Shown here: piece by piece, positions 1 to 9,626 of the stretch | Position numbering within the stretch: position 1 is the first letter of the stretch | Layout: the number at the start of each line of letters is the position of its first letter | Source of the DNA: Waddliaceae bacterium | Lineage (GTDB): Bacteria > Chlamydiota > Chlamydiia > Chlamydiales > SLOH01 | NCBI GenBank assembly: GCA_040880105.1 | Contig: JBBDJA010000005.1 | Coordinates: forward strand, 1 to 40,338 | Direction: 5' to 3' | Length of the DNA: 40,338 nt | The notes under the pieces: model-generated | Database searches by the model: none | What the model was told of the DNA's origin: nothing | Seen by the model: only the letters and a program-made list of their open reading frames with translations | Position numbers and translations under genes: made by a program

Positions 1-11
1 TTAGAAAGCCC

Positions 12-56
12 TAAAAAATAGAGACCCTTCTCACTATACATAAAATAGGAAGGGTC
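12..56 (-). terminator. Probable intrinsic terminator downstream of thyX
   Basis: Inverted repeat GACCCTTC (23-30) / GAAGGGTC (49-56), followed on the minus strand by TCTATTTTTT. The loop is long, so the call is tentative. Confidence 0.45.
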
Positions 57-67
57 ACGGCTCTCTT

Positions 68-1702
68 TTAAAAAGGTGAATTCAACTGCTCTTGCTTCTC
101 TGCTTTCCGCTGTTCTTGTCCGATACGACCAAGGGAGTACCCTTCGTAATCGACAAATTTAAAAAACCGCTCGAACTGAGGATATGCGTTAGAGACCTCT
201 CTTGCCATTCGCTGAGCCACATAGCGGTAATTCGGGTGTCCCGCGGGAGCTGAGCGCAGTTCGCACATCCACTGCAGCGCGCGAAGATTCACATGGAAGT
301 ACCAGCGGATATTGTATGCCATCGGAACAATGTACTGCGCCTCTTCGGGAAGTTCGACAGAAATCACATCATATGCTTGTTTTGCTTGGTCCATCGCGTG
401 GCGATACTTTGTTTCAAGCTCAGTTCCAAGAATTTCCTCTGGAATATAATAATCGTAATCGCAAGAAAGCAGTTGCCGCTCTTGGGTGAGTATGCGGTGA
501 CGATGAAGATCTCGATAGATCCCAAAATCCGAGAGAAGCTCAAAAGTAAAAGTGGCATGCTCAAGGGCGCGGGGCGATTTATGACGTCTGTTTTCACGAG
601 CGGAGCAAGCGGCATCTAAAATTAAAGAGATCTCCTCTTCAGGCAGTTGCTCGCAATAGGTGTAAAGATCGTTAAGCGACTTATTAGAGTTTTCATAGAG
701 AAGGGCAGCGGCAACTTTAGTGACGCAGTCACTGTCGTGATGAATCAGTTGAACCCCTTTTTCCATGTCACGTTCCGGAAAAACAGTATGTTGCGCTGCC
801 ATTACCGCGCGGTCCATTCGCATAGTCTGAGTAAAATCGGCGTAATTTTTATGGGTGTGATGATCTGCGTTTGCGCGTCTGACAAATGAAGGAATGACTT
901 TAGATAGCTCCTCATAGATATCATCGCCGATCTGCTGGAGCTCTGCTAAATTATTGCAGCGGAGTTTATGAATTAATGAATCGTAGAAACGACCATTTCC
1001 ATAAATCCCCATATTCGTGAGAGTGCCGGCCGGCAGAAGGCCACGCAGGCAGTCGAGGACTTTTGCGCGAAGCGACGCCTTATACGCAACCTGCGACGTG
1101 CCCGGTTCCTGAGGCATCTTTTCCTCGATCATCTCTGTCAGTGGGGGAATTAATTCGCTATAGGTATCAAAGAGTTGATTGCACGTCTCGATATAAGTAT
1201 CGCGATAAGCCGATGTCATTAAGACAGGTTCTCTATAAAAGAGATATTCACCCTGCACTTTTTGATCAAAATAGATGTAGCGTGTCGATTTTTCTAAGGG
1301 AGACCCCCCGATCCGGCTGTCTTCAATCACCTTTGCGGCAATCATTGAAATATTTTCAATGGCCAGATGCGCCCCTCCGAGTTCGCCAATGGAGTCATCG
1401 CCATACCCATCCAAGATGCGGTCATAGAAATTTTGTGCGCGCTGAATCGCAAGTGTCTGCTCTTCGCTGTTCTCGGATTCTGAAACAATATCTGTAAACG
1501 CACTCTCCTCACCTGAGACGAACTCCTTTAGTAACAAGGATCGCAATCCTAGGGACGACCGTGAATACCTTGAGAAAAGGGCTCCCTTAATGACCTCGGG
1601 AAGGTTGCGCAGCACAAATACATTTTTACTCGAATTTGTTACATATCGATTCAGGATTTTGCGTTGACTTTCCGTGAACTCTTCATAATTTTCTTGAAAC
1701 AT
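68..1702 (-). CDS. thyX: FAD-dependent thymidylate synthase, double-length (tandem-domain) chlamydial type
   Basis: 544 aa with two Thy1-like halves: SRYSRS, GDDSIGELG, LEKSTRY in the first; RDLHRHRILTQERQ and NLRAL..MCELR in the second. Confidence 0.93.
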   Translation of the reverse strand: MFQENYEEFTESQRKILNRYVTNSSKNVFVLRNLPEVIKGALFSRYSRSSLGLRSLLLKEFVSGEESAFTDIVSESENSEEQTLAIQRAQNFYDRILDGYGDDSIGELGGAHLAIENISMIAAKVIEDSRIGGSPLEKSTRYIYFDQKVQGEYLFYREPVLMTSAYRDTYIETCNQLFDTYSELIPPLTEMIEEKMPQEPGTSQVAYKASLRAKVLDCLRGLLPAGTLTNMGIYGNGRFYDSLIHKLRCNNLAELQQIGDDIYEELSKVIPSFVRRANADHHTHKNYADFTQTMRMDRAVMAAQHTVFPERDMEKGVQLIHHDSDCVTKVAAALLYENSNKSLNDLYTYCEQLPEEEISLILDAACSARENRRHKSPRALEHATFTFELLSDFGIYRDLHRHRILTQERQLLSCDYDYYIPEEILGTELETKYRHAMDQAKQAYDVISVELPEEAQYIVPMAYNIRWYFHVNLRALQWMCELRSAPAGHPNYRYVAQRMAREVSNAYPQFERFFKFVDYEGYSLGRIGQEQRKAEKQEQLNSPF

Positions 1703-1794
1703 CTGACCTCGGATTTAAGCACCCCTAATTTGCCACACCTTCTTTTCTTTTTTCAAGCGAAATGATACAAATATCCCTTGCGAATTTTTCTTTA

Positions 1795-1850
1795 GGAATC
1801 TCTGATTAACTCGGGTCGATTAAATTTTGCATGAATTTTTCAGAGGTTCC
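1795..1850. repeat. Short (56 bp) copy of the MITE-like palindromic repeat
   Basis: Ends GGAATCTCTGA ... TCAGAGGTTCC form an inverted repeat, flanked by TTA on both sides. The left part matches the left ends of the copies at 16785 and 17748. Confidence 0.7.
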
Positions 1851-2723
1851 TTATATATAATTGGTTGTGATTTGAAAACAGTTTCCTTAATCCCAGGTCC
1901 CGAAGAGACAGAAGAGGCGTTTAAGACGCGCTCCCAATACTGTCTGAATTTGAAAAAGCACCTAGTGTCTGAACTTGGTGAGAAGCTTCCCTTTACCCCT
2001 GAGGACTTAGGTGCTGAAGATGTGGTTGAAGAGGCGCTTTCTGAAGTTAAAGAGCGATACCAAGTGAACCCGTCCTGGATCCCGATATTCTTTAGCCGCT
2101 ATAAACTCCTCCCTTGGCACGGCGGCTGCGCCTGGATCTTTAAGTTAAAAAAAGAGGATCCCACCGCCGCTTTGATGCAGCTGCGTCCGGAATTTAAGAA
2201 CAACAGGCGCTTTTTAAAAATATATGAACGAAAAGAGCTGATTGCCCATGAACTTTGTCATGTAGGCCGCATGATGTACAATGAACCGAAATTCGAGGAG
2301 TTTCTCGCCTATCGCCTTTCAGAGAGCCGCTTCCGCAGATTGTTTGGACCGATCATTAGCTCCTCTTTTGAAAGCGTCCTCTTTATTCTGACACTCCTGA
2401 CTATCCTGTTCATCGATGCCGCATTTATCTTCTCCGATTCAGAAAGCCCTCTATGGATCAAACTCATCCCGCTTGGACTTATTAGCATCGCTCTTGTCCG
2501 CCTTTTCTACCGCCACCGCTGCTTGAATCAAACAAGTCGGGTCCTTCAAGCGCTCACTCCCAATGCCGAGGCAATCCTCTACCGGCTAACAGATAATGAA
2601 ATCTTTCAAATCAGTCGGAAAACTGCCGAAGAGACAAGAGAGTATCTTCTAAGCGCAAAGCGCCAGACACTAAGAGAAAAGATTCTGAAAGAGTTACTCG
2701 AACCACCAAAAGTTGCCCGATGA
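1827..2723 (+). CDS. Hypothetical membrane protein with HExxH motif; true start probably downstream (e.g. TTG near 1872)
   Basis: Long ORF with AHELCH motif and two hydrophobic segments. The listed TTG start lies inside the repeat at 1795-1850. Confidence 0.7.
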   Translation: MHEFFRGSLYIIGCDLKTVSLIPGPEETEEAFKTRSQYCLNLKKHLVSELGEKLPFTPEDLGAEDVVEEALSEVKERYQVNPSWIPIFFSRYKLLPWHGGCAWIFKLKKEDPTAALMQLRPEFKNNRRFLKIYERKELIAHELCHVGRMMYNEPKFEEFLAYRLSESRFRRLFGPIISSSFESVLFILTLLTILFIDAAFIFSDSESPLWIKLIPLGLISIALVRLFYRHRCLNQTSRVLQALTPNAEAILYRLTDNEIFQISRKTAEETREYLLSAKRQTLREKILKELLEPPKVAR

Positions 2724-3311
2724 ATGGACGACTTGGTTTAATTCTTTCGCCGCCTGTACAACTGCCTTTCTTACAGATCCCCATTTCCAATCATCCCCGC
2801 ACATGAGACCTCCCTCTTTTAAATGTGGGGTCCAGGCTAGAATATCGTCGATGACATCCTCTGTTTTATGTGAACTGTCGATATAAATCAGATCCGCCTT
2901 TACATTTAATGCCTTCGCTGCAAGAAGCGAGTGCATTCTAACCGGAACGACCACGTGAGCAAAGCCCGTATGTTTGATATTCGAGAGAAAAAGGTGGTAA
3001 AGATAGGGAAGGCGAGGATCTTGTAGGTGCGCTCTCTCATTGGATCCAAGCCAATGGTCGACCGCATAGACTTTTCCCCCTAGCTCTTCAACTTGACTTG
3101 CAAAAAACCGCGTAGAGAGACCAAGCCAAGCGCCGACCTCGATAATTGTAATCGGTCTTCGCTCCTCTATTAAGGCTAAAAGAGGCTCTTTATTGTAAAA
3201 CCATCCATGACCATCAAACGGAAGGTCGACAATAGAGGCGTAGGGCTCAGGGACTTCACCGGCTCGTAGAGAAGAGATTAGTATACAGAAAAGGAATGTA
3301 AAAATTTTCAT
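2694..3311 (-). CDS. Class I SAM-dependent methyltransferase (Methyltransf_24-like) with N-terminal signal-like peptide
   Basis: IEVGAWLGLS motif I, AVDHW, LIYIDSSH, LKEGGLMCGDDW; hydrophobic N-terminus. Confidence 0.85.
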   Translation of the reverse strand: MKIFTFLFCILISSLRAGEVPEPYASIVDLPFDGHGWFYNKEPLLALIEERRPITIIEVGAWLGLSTRFFASQVEELGGKVYAVDHWLGSNERAHLQDPRLPYLYHLFLSNIKHTGFAHVVVPVRMHSLLAAKALNVKADLIYIDSSHKTEDVIDDILAWTPHLKEGGLMCGDDWKWGSVRKAVVQAAKELNQVVHSSGNFWWFE

Positions 3312-3367
3312 ATTGAGAACAGTAGCAAATTCTAGTTTTAGAAAGCAAATTGATGGTCGGTAGTTCT

Positions 3368-4816
3368 TTAGAAACGCCGCCTTTGACGCTGGTTGCCGAT
3401 CGCATACTGATTGCGATATTTAGCGACAGTGCGCCTTGCGCAAGGGATGCCCCTTTGATTCAATTCTTGAGATAGGCATTCGTCAGAAAGAGGATGTTTT
3501 TTATCTTCGTTATCGATGATCTCTTTCAAGGTGTGACGCACCGTATCTGATGAGAGCTCACCCCTTACCGGAGTGTCGTAGGCGTTTGTAAAGAAAGAGC
3601 GAAGCGGAAGCACTCCTCTTGGCGTATCGGCGTATTTATGCATCACGGCTCTTGCAATGGTAGATTCGTGAAGGTCTAACTCTTCTGCCAACGTTTTCAT
3701 TTTTAGAGGAACCAACTCCCCTTCTGCCTCAAGAAAAAAGGTGCGCTGTTTTTCAGTTAACACCTCGGTAATTCGATAGATCGTTTGATTGCGTTGGTGG
3801 ATGTTTTTAAACATCCATTTCGCAGCCTCTACCTTTTTTAAAAGAAAATCTCGAGTTTCTTTATTAATTTTCCCGGACTTTAGCATTTGCAAATACTTTC
3901 GATTGAGCGAAAGGGATGGAACCGAGTCTTCGTGCAGCCTTACTTTAAGGTCGTCGCCCTCTTCAATAATGGTAATATCGGGAATTATCGTAGCGGCGTC
4001 GGTACTCAAGATCCATTTACCGGGATGAAAGTCTAGTGTTGCGATATTTGAGCTGATTGCATCATTTAGTTCATCAAGAGAACATTTAAGCTTTTTAGCA
4101 ATTTTGGGAAGGTGATTCAATAGCACCTCATCAAAATACTTCTCAACGATTGAATAGGCAAGTGTCCCCTCCTGCCCCAAATTCTTCAGTTGAATGAGAA
4201 GAGACTCTTGTAAGTTTTGCGCTGCAATCCCTGAAGGAGAGAAGCCTTGAATCCCGAGTAAAACCTTTTCTATTTGCGCAATTGAGGCTTGGGTTGTCAC
4301 TGCCGCCTCTTCCGGTGAGATATCCAAAAATCCATTTTCATCCAGATTGCCGATCAAAATCTCTGCAATTTTCATCTCATCTTCATTAAATGCCTCGCGC
4401 GCTTGGGTCATCAAATGTTCGAAAATCGAGGGGGTTGCGACAATAAGGCTCTCATAAAAGGAGCGTTTACTCTCCTCTTCCTCTGATCGCTGGGCCAAAA
4501 TACTGCGACTCTGCAGATAGAGCTGATCATACTCTTCATCAAGAAGCCGCATAATTGTGTAGTCTTCATCAGAAAAATCAACCTCGCGCTCTTCGAGATT
4601 TTCCAAAGGCTCGTCAACCTCATCATCCTCTTCGCTATCATCATGCATTTCAAGATACTCAAGCATCGGATTTTGCTGAACTTCAAGGTTGACAAGGACA
4701 GACATCTCCATAAGCGGCGCTTGCAGAAAGGAGATCGCCTGCTGCATTCGAGGCAGCATCATCATCTGCTGCATCTGCTTTTGATTAATCCCTTGGGTCT
4801 GACGTAGTTCGTACAT
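3368..4816 (-). CDS. rpoN: RNA polymerase sigma-54 factor
   Basis: Gln-rich N-terminus, LDENGFL, HESTIARA helix-turn-helix, RpoN box ARRTVAKYR. Confidence 0.97.
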   Translation of the reverse strand: MYELRQTQGINQKQMQQMMMLPRMQQAISFLQAPLMEMSVLVNLEVQQNPMLEYLEMHDDSEEDDEVDEPLENLEEREVDFSDEDYTIMRLLDEEYDQLYLQSRSILAQRSEEEESKRSFYESLIVATPSIFEHLMTQAREAFNEDEMKIAEILIGNLDENGFLDISPEEAAVTTQASIAQIEKVLLGIQGFSPSGIAAQNLQESLLIQLKNLGQEGTLAYSIVEKYFDEVLLNHLPKIAKKLKCSLDELNDAISSNIATLDFHPGKWILSTDAATIIPDITIIEEGDDLKVRLHEDSVPSLSLNRKYLQMLKSGKINKETRDFLLKKVEAAKWMFKNIHQRNQTIYRITEVLTEKQRTFFLEAEGELVPLKMKTLAEELDLHESTIARAVMHKYADTPRGVLPLRSFFTNAYDTPVRGELSSDTVRHTLKEIIDNEDKKHPLSDECLSQELNQRGIPCARRTVAKYRNQYAIGNQRQRRRF

Positions 4817-4900
4817 AATTTAAGATATGACACAGAAAGCCGTCGGTTGACAAGAAATAATTTTTCCCGATTCTAAGAAAGAGTCATTCTTTTAAAATAA

Positions 4901-5899
4901 GTGCCATATATGCAAAATCAAAATTCGTCCCATCATACAATCATTGACGCCATAGGGAATACGCCTATGGTCAAATTGCATAGGCTCTCGTTAAATCCCC
5001 TTGTCAATATCTACGTCAAATTGGAGTATCTCAACCCAAGCCACAGTATCAAAGATCGCATCGTCCACTATATTATTGATGATGCAGAAAAAAAAGGACT
5101 GCTAAAGCCCGGCGGGACAATTGTGGAAAGTACTTCAGGAAATACAGGTGCTGCAGTTGCGATGCTTTGCGCATCCAGAGGATATCACGCGATACTTACA
5201 ATGCCCGACAAGGTCAGTCAAGAAAAGCAAAATGCCCTTAAAGCTTTCGGCGCTGAAATTGTCGTTGCAAAAACAGATGCGAGTCCCGATTCACCCGAAC
5301 ACTACGTCTCCCTTTCGAAAAAAATTGCCAAAGAGACTCCGGGAAGCTTTCGAATCGATCAGTATGATACAAAATTAAATCCAAAGGCGCATTACGAATC
5401 GACCGCTCCTGAAATATGGGAACAAATGAATGGCGACATTGATTACTTTATCGCATCGAGTAGCACAGGTGGAACCATTTCGGGTGTTGGAAAATACCTG
5501 AAGGAAAGAAACGAAAAAATCCAAGTGATCATGCCCGACCCGGTCGGTTCTGTCTACTATCACTATTTCAAAACCGGGAAACTCCCCGAAACAAAAGGCT
5601 GTACGTATCATTTAGAAGGCATCGGGGAAGATCACATTGCAGGGGCAATTGATTTATCTATTGTCGATGATGTGATGGAGGTCTCAGACAAGCAAGCGTT
5701 TCACATCTGCCGAGAACTCGCGCAAAAAGAGGGAATCTTAGGCGGCGGTTCAAGCGGGGCTAACGTATGGGCCGCCCTTGAGATTGCGAAGAAATGCAAA
5801 AAAAAGACAAATATTGTCACAATTATTTGTGATAGTGGAATTAAATACTTAAGCAAAATATATGACGACCAATGGATGAAAAAACAAAAACTTCTTTAG
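4901..5899 (+). CDS. PLP-dependent cysteine synthase family protein, cystathionine beta-synthase-like (start may be ATG 4910)
   Basis: IGNTPMVKL, KLEYLNP.HSIKDR, ESTSGNTG, TGGTISG, EGIG; the C-terminal DSG.KYLSKIYDD.WM is CBS-type. Confidence 0.88.
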   Translation: MPYMQNQNSSHHTIIDAIGNTPMVKLHRLSLNPLVNIYVKLEYLNPSHSIKDRIVHYIIDDAEKKGLLKPGGTIVESTSGNTGAAVAMLCASRGYHAILTMPDKVSQEKQNALKAFGAEIVVAKTDASPDSPEHYVSLSKKIAKETPGSFRIDQYDTKLNPKAHYESTAPEIWEQMNGDIDYFIASSSTGGTISGVGKYLKERNEKIQVIMPDPVGSVYYHYFKTGKLPETKGCTYHLEGIGEDHIAGAIDLSIVDDVMEVSDKQAFHICRELAQKEGILGGGSSGANVWAALEIAKKCKKKTNIVTIICDSGIKYLSKIYDDQWMKKQKLL

Positions 5900-7011
5900 G
5901 CTTTGCCACGCGCGCAATCCATGCCGGCTTTCAACCGGACAAAACCACCGGTGCGATGATGCCGCCGATCTATATGACCACAACGTTTGCCCAGAAATCC
6001 CCGGGCGAGCCAATCGGTGACTATGAATATACACGCGCGCACAACCCGAACTTTACATTTTTAGAAGAGACCCTCGCCTCTCTTGAAAGCGCCAATTATG
6101 CAGTCGCCTTCTCATCTGGAATCGGTGGACTAACAGCATTTGCAGCCACTCTTGAACCGGGCGATCTTGTCATTGCCTTAAATGACCTTTATGGGGGGAC
6201 CTACCGCCTGTTTACGCGGGAATTTTCTCGTTACGGCATCCACTTTCTCACAATTGATGTGGCAGAACTTGAAACCCACCTGAAGAAAAACCCGAAGTGG
6301 CTCTTATTTGAAACCCCGACAAACCCTCTATTAAAACTCTACGACATTCAAAAGTGCGTCGATCTTGCGCATAAGTACAACACAAAAGTCATCGTGGATA
6401 ACACCTTTGCAACCCCCTATTTCCAAAACCCGATCCTACTTGGAGCAGATGTCGTTTGGCATAGCGCCACTAAGTATCTGGGAGGGCACTCCGATGCCGT
6501 TGGCGGCGCAATGATTACAAACGACCCTGAAATCCATAAGAGCCTACTTTTTCATAGGATGTCACTTGGGGTGAACCCAAGTCCCTTTGACACCTGGCTT
6601 ACGCTGCGCGGAATCAAAACCCTTGCCCTGAGAATGGAGCAGCATCAAAAAAATGCGCTTGCGCTTGTTCGGTTTTTAGAGAGTCATCCCAAGGTAAAAA
6701 ACGTCTATTATCCAAAAGGACCGATTGCAAATAAACAGATGAGCGGGTGTAGCGGAATGGTTTCTGTCGAGTTTAACTTAAGCCTTGAGGAGATAAAGAG
6801 ACTCATCTCTTCATTTAAGGTCTTTACACTTGCTGAGTCATTGGGCGGAGTGGAGTCTCTTGTCAATCATCCGGCCCTCATGACCCACGCCTCGATTCCA
6901 CTTGAAGAACGGGAAAAAATAGGGGTTACCGACAGCCTTGTGAGATTCTCTTGCGGGATTGAGGAGAGCCGGGACCTTATTGAGGATGTGAGAAAGGCGC
7001 TTGAGGGGTGA
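5872..7011 (+). CDS. Cystathionine gamma-lyase/synthase (Cys/Met metabolism PLP enzyme)
   Basis: FATRAIHAG, PPIY.TTTF, YGGTYR, ETPTNP, VDNTFATP, SATKYLGGHSD, LAESLGGVESL; overlaps the upstream CBS-like gene. Confidence 0.92.
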   Translation: MDEKTKTSLGFATRAIHAGFQPDKTTGAMMPPIYMTTTFAQKSPGEPIGDYEYTRAHNPNFTFLEETLASLESANYAVAFSSGIGGLTAFAATLEPGDLVIALNDLYGGTYRLFTREFSRYGIHFLTIDVAELETHLKKNPKWLLFETPTNPLLKLYDIQKCVDLAHKYNTKVIVDNTFATPYFQNPILLGADVVWHSATKYLGGHSDAVGGAMITNDPEIHKSLLFHRMSLGVNPSPFDTWLTLRGIKTLALRMEQHQKNALALVRFLESHPKVKNVYYPKGPIANKQMSGCSGMVSVEFNLSLEEIKRLISSFKVFTLAESLGGVESLVNHPALMTHASIPLEEREKIGVTDSLVRFSCGIEESRDLIEDVRKALEG

Positions 7012-8071
7012 TATCTTCCATTTCAAGAGCCGAGACTGCCTTTAGGTCGCGACTGGCATGACTCTTCATGACAAGATCATAATGCAGCGGCGTAAGGCCG
7101 GTTCCGGGCCTTAGCACCCCGATATTTTTCCGGTTAAATGGCTCACCTGCTTTGATGTCTTGTGTAATCCAAAGAGAGCGCCTAGCTTGAATTTTTTCTT
7201 TCTTCTCTTTCTCTGTCGGCCCTTTTTCAAACGATCCGAGCGCCTTTTCAACCTGGCGAATACCATCGACCATCGCTTTAAATTCACTTGGTTCTAAGGA
7301 AAATTGATCATCGATTGTCGGGACATTGTCATCTAACATCAAATGCTTTTCGATCATACACGCATGGATGGCTGCAGCTCCGATTGCACTTGAGGTACCT
7401 ATACTATGGTCTGACAGCCCAACGGGACAGTTTGGAAACGCGCGCATCATTGTCATCATCGCATGAAGGTTCACATCTTCAAACGGCGTTGGGTAGGTGC
7501 TAGTACAATGTAGTAAGATCACCTGATCGTTACCGGCCTTCTTCACGATTTCAATTGCCGCCTTAATTTCACTTAAAGTCGCCATTCCGGTCGAGAGGAT
7601 GAGCGGTTTCTTTGTTTTTGCCATTTTTCTTAAAAGAGGCACATCAAGAAGTTCATAACTGCCATTTTTATAAGCGGGAACATGAACGGCTTCTAATTGG
7701 TCAACCGCCTCTTCATCAAAAGGGGTGGCCATAAAAAGAATCTCTTTCTCTTGCGCATACGCAGCAAGAACCGGCAGCCACTCTCTTTGAAGCTCATGTG
7801 GACGATATAAATCGATAAGTTTGGTATCTACATCTACAAAGACAGCTTTTTCATTCGCACGCACGATCGTACGAGGGTCGTCTGTATCTGCGGCAATTTT
7901 TTCTGCGGTAAAGACCTGAAACTTGACAGCGTCTGCCCCCGCGTCTGCGGCGGCATCGATCAGTTTTTTCGCTCTTTCAAGATCGTTTCCATGATTTGAG
8001 CTCACCTCGGCGATAATAAAGCACGGATGGTTTTGTCCGATTATTTTATTCTCAATCCGGATCGTCATCAA
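6977..8071 (-). CDS. NeuB/PseI-family nonulosonic acid synthase with C-terminal SAF domain
   Basis: IIAEVSSNH, GADAVKFQ, LSTGMA, LLHCTSTYP, GLSDHS, IEKH, RRSL, RPGTGL.P. Confidence 0.9.
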   Translation of the reverse strand: MMTIRIENKIIGQNHPCFIIAEVSSNHGNDLERAKKLIDAAADAGADAVKFQVFTAEKIAADTDDPRTIVRANEKAVFVDVDTKLIDLYRPHELQREWLPVLAAYAQEKEILFMATPFDEEAVDQLEAVHVPAYKNGSYELLDVPLLRKMAKTKKPLILSTGMATLSEIKAAIEIVKKAGNDQVILLHCTSTYPTPFEDVNLHAMMTMMRAFPNCPVGLSDHSIGTSSAIGAAAIHACMIEKHLMLDDNVPTIDDQFSLEPSEFKAMVDGIRQVEKALGSFEKGPTEKEKKEKIQARRSLWITQDIKAGEPFNRKNIGVLRPGTGLTPLHYDLVMKSHASRDLKAVSALEMEDITPQAPFSHPQ

Positions 8072-9303
8072 ATATCGGAGCCTTCCAACTCTACAAGTTC
8101 TTCGTGGTAATATTGACGCTCGTCAAGCTCTCCCTCCTGCCTTGCGATGACAACAGCGACGACAGCATCCCCAAGGATGTTCATCACTGTCGAACCCATC
8201 TCGCGGATGCGATCAATACCGGCAAGTAGAGCGAGCCCCTCAAGCGGAAGACCCACTGACTGAAAGACAACAGAGAGCATAATAAAACCCGATCCCGGAA
8301 TCCCGGCAGCACCGACTGCAGATAGAGTTGCCGTTATGACAATCGTCAGAAGACTAATATAAGAGAGCTCAATCCCATAGGCTTGGGCAATAAAAAGAAC
8401 TGCCATCCCTTGAAAGATACCCGATCCATTCATATTCACAGTTGAGCCAAGTGGAAGGACAAAGTTCGAAACATTTTTGGAGACGCCTAAATTTTCCTGC
8501 ACGCAGTGCATCGATACAGGGAGAGATGCTGAACTACTTGAAGTTGAAAACGCCATCATAATCGCATCGCTCATTCCCCTAAAGAATGGCCAAGGGTGAA
8601 GTTTAGCGACAAACCAAAGGAGCGAAAGAAAGACAACAATCAAGTGAATCAAGCATGCGCCGTAATAAAGAACGAGAAACTCCATCAACGGAAGCAAAAC
8701 AGCAGTCCCGAAAGTACCTGAGACAGATGCCATAATTGCAAAAACCCCAATGGGTGAAAATTCCATTACAATCGATGTGAGTCGGTACATTACATCTGCA
8801 AGTGACTCCAAGAGCTCTTTTAAAGGCCTACCCTTTTCGCCGGCAAAGTTAATCGAAACACCAAGAAAAAGGGCAAACACAATAATTTGCAACACATTCC
8901 CTTCAGAAAGCGACTGCATCGGATTGCTTGGAATAATCGAAAGAAGAATATCTCCAATCGGAGGAGCTGAACTCTCAATATCAATCAGAGCAGGTCTTGT
9001 CAGTGGAAGTCCAGCTCCGGGCCGAAACAATTTAGCGATCACAAGGCCAATAAAAATAGCGGCGGCAGTTGTCGTAAGATAAAGAAAAAGTGTCTTTAGT
9101 CCGACGCGGCCAAGCTTTTTCGGATCATGTATACTTGTGATCCCAACTGTCATTGACGAGAGGACCAGAAGCACGATGATCATATTGATCAAATTTAAGA
9201 AAATATCCCCAACCGGCTTAAACAGTGCGGCTTGAGGTCCCATCAAAAGTCCGGTAGTGAGACCTAGGGCTAAAGCGATCAGAATTTTGAGCCAGAGCTT
9301 CAT
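8068..9303 (-). CDS. Dicarboxylate/amino acid:cation symporter (DAACS, GltP/GltT-like)
   Basis: Multiple transmembrane segments; FSTSSSSASLP, PLGSTVNMNG, SAVGAAGIPG, IDRIREM..T..N..GD. Confidence 0.93.
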   Translation of the reverse strand: MKLWLKILIALALGLTTGLLMGPQAALFKPVGDIFLNLINMIIVLLVLSSMTVGITSIHDPKKLGRVGLKTLFLYLTTTAAAIFIGLVIAKLFRPGAGLPLTRPALIDIESSAPPIGDILLSIIPSNPMQSLSEGNVLQIIVFALFLGVSINFAGEKGRPLKELLESLADVMYRLTSIVMEFSPIGVFAIMASVSGTFGTAVLLPLMEFLVLYYGACLIHLIVVFLSLLWFVAKLHPWPFFRGMSDAIMMAFSTSSSSASLPVSMHCVQENLGVSKNVSNFVLPLGSTVNMNGSGIFQGMAVLFIAQAYGIELSYISLLTIVITATLSAVGAAGIPGSGFIMLSVVFQSVGLPLEGLALLAGIDRIREMGSTVMNILGDAVVAVVIARQEGELDERQYYHEELVELEGSDI

Positions 9304-9413
9304 ATTACATTCATCATTTGGTTAATCATAAATACTATCACACTTGAGAGTTTTTTGCAGGTTTGATGCAAGAAGAGAGAGGCAAAAGTAGCAAATCTCC
9401 TTTAGAGTCTCCT

Positions 9414-9626
9414 TTAGCCCCAATCCCATTCAACAGGCTGAGGAGTTCCGATTAAAGGGACGGAACCGTACTCCTTTGTATCTGTGTAGGCGTGTGCGCA
9501 GAACGGACAACAAAGTTCTTTGACATACTTTTTCTCTCGATACTCAAATGCGCCTCGGCTCTCGAAAATCCTTTTACACTCTGGGCATCTCTGGTATTGA
9601 ATGGCAATATCCCAAGTATGACTCAT
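9414..9626 (-). CDS. Small putative zinc-ribbon protein (70 aa from ATG 9626)
   Basis: CPEC...CPFC cysteine pairs; ATG at 9626 overlaps the stop of the upstream small ORF (ATGA). Confidence 0.7.
   Translation of the reverse strand: MSHTWDIAIQYQRCPECKRIFESRGAFEYREKKYVKELCCPFCAHAYTDTKEYGSVPLIGTPQPVEWDWG

Noticed and set aside
2..13. TAGAAAGCCCT matching the reverse complement of the right end of the 16785 repeat
   Set aside because: Only 11 bp at the window edge; cannot be distinguished from chance.
68..1702. Double-length ThyX as a novelty
   Set aside because: Tandem-domain ThyX is already known from Chlamydia.
1715..1740. Possible sigma-54 -24/-12 site upstream of thyX
   Set aside because: GG to GC spacing is 12 rather than 10.
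9395..9417. Direct repeat TCTCCTTTAG x2
   Set aside because: Only two 10-bp units with no spacer structure; not CRISPR-like.
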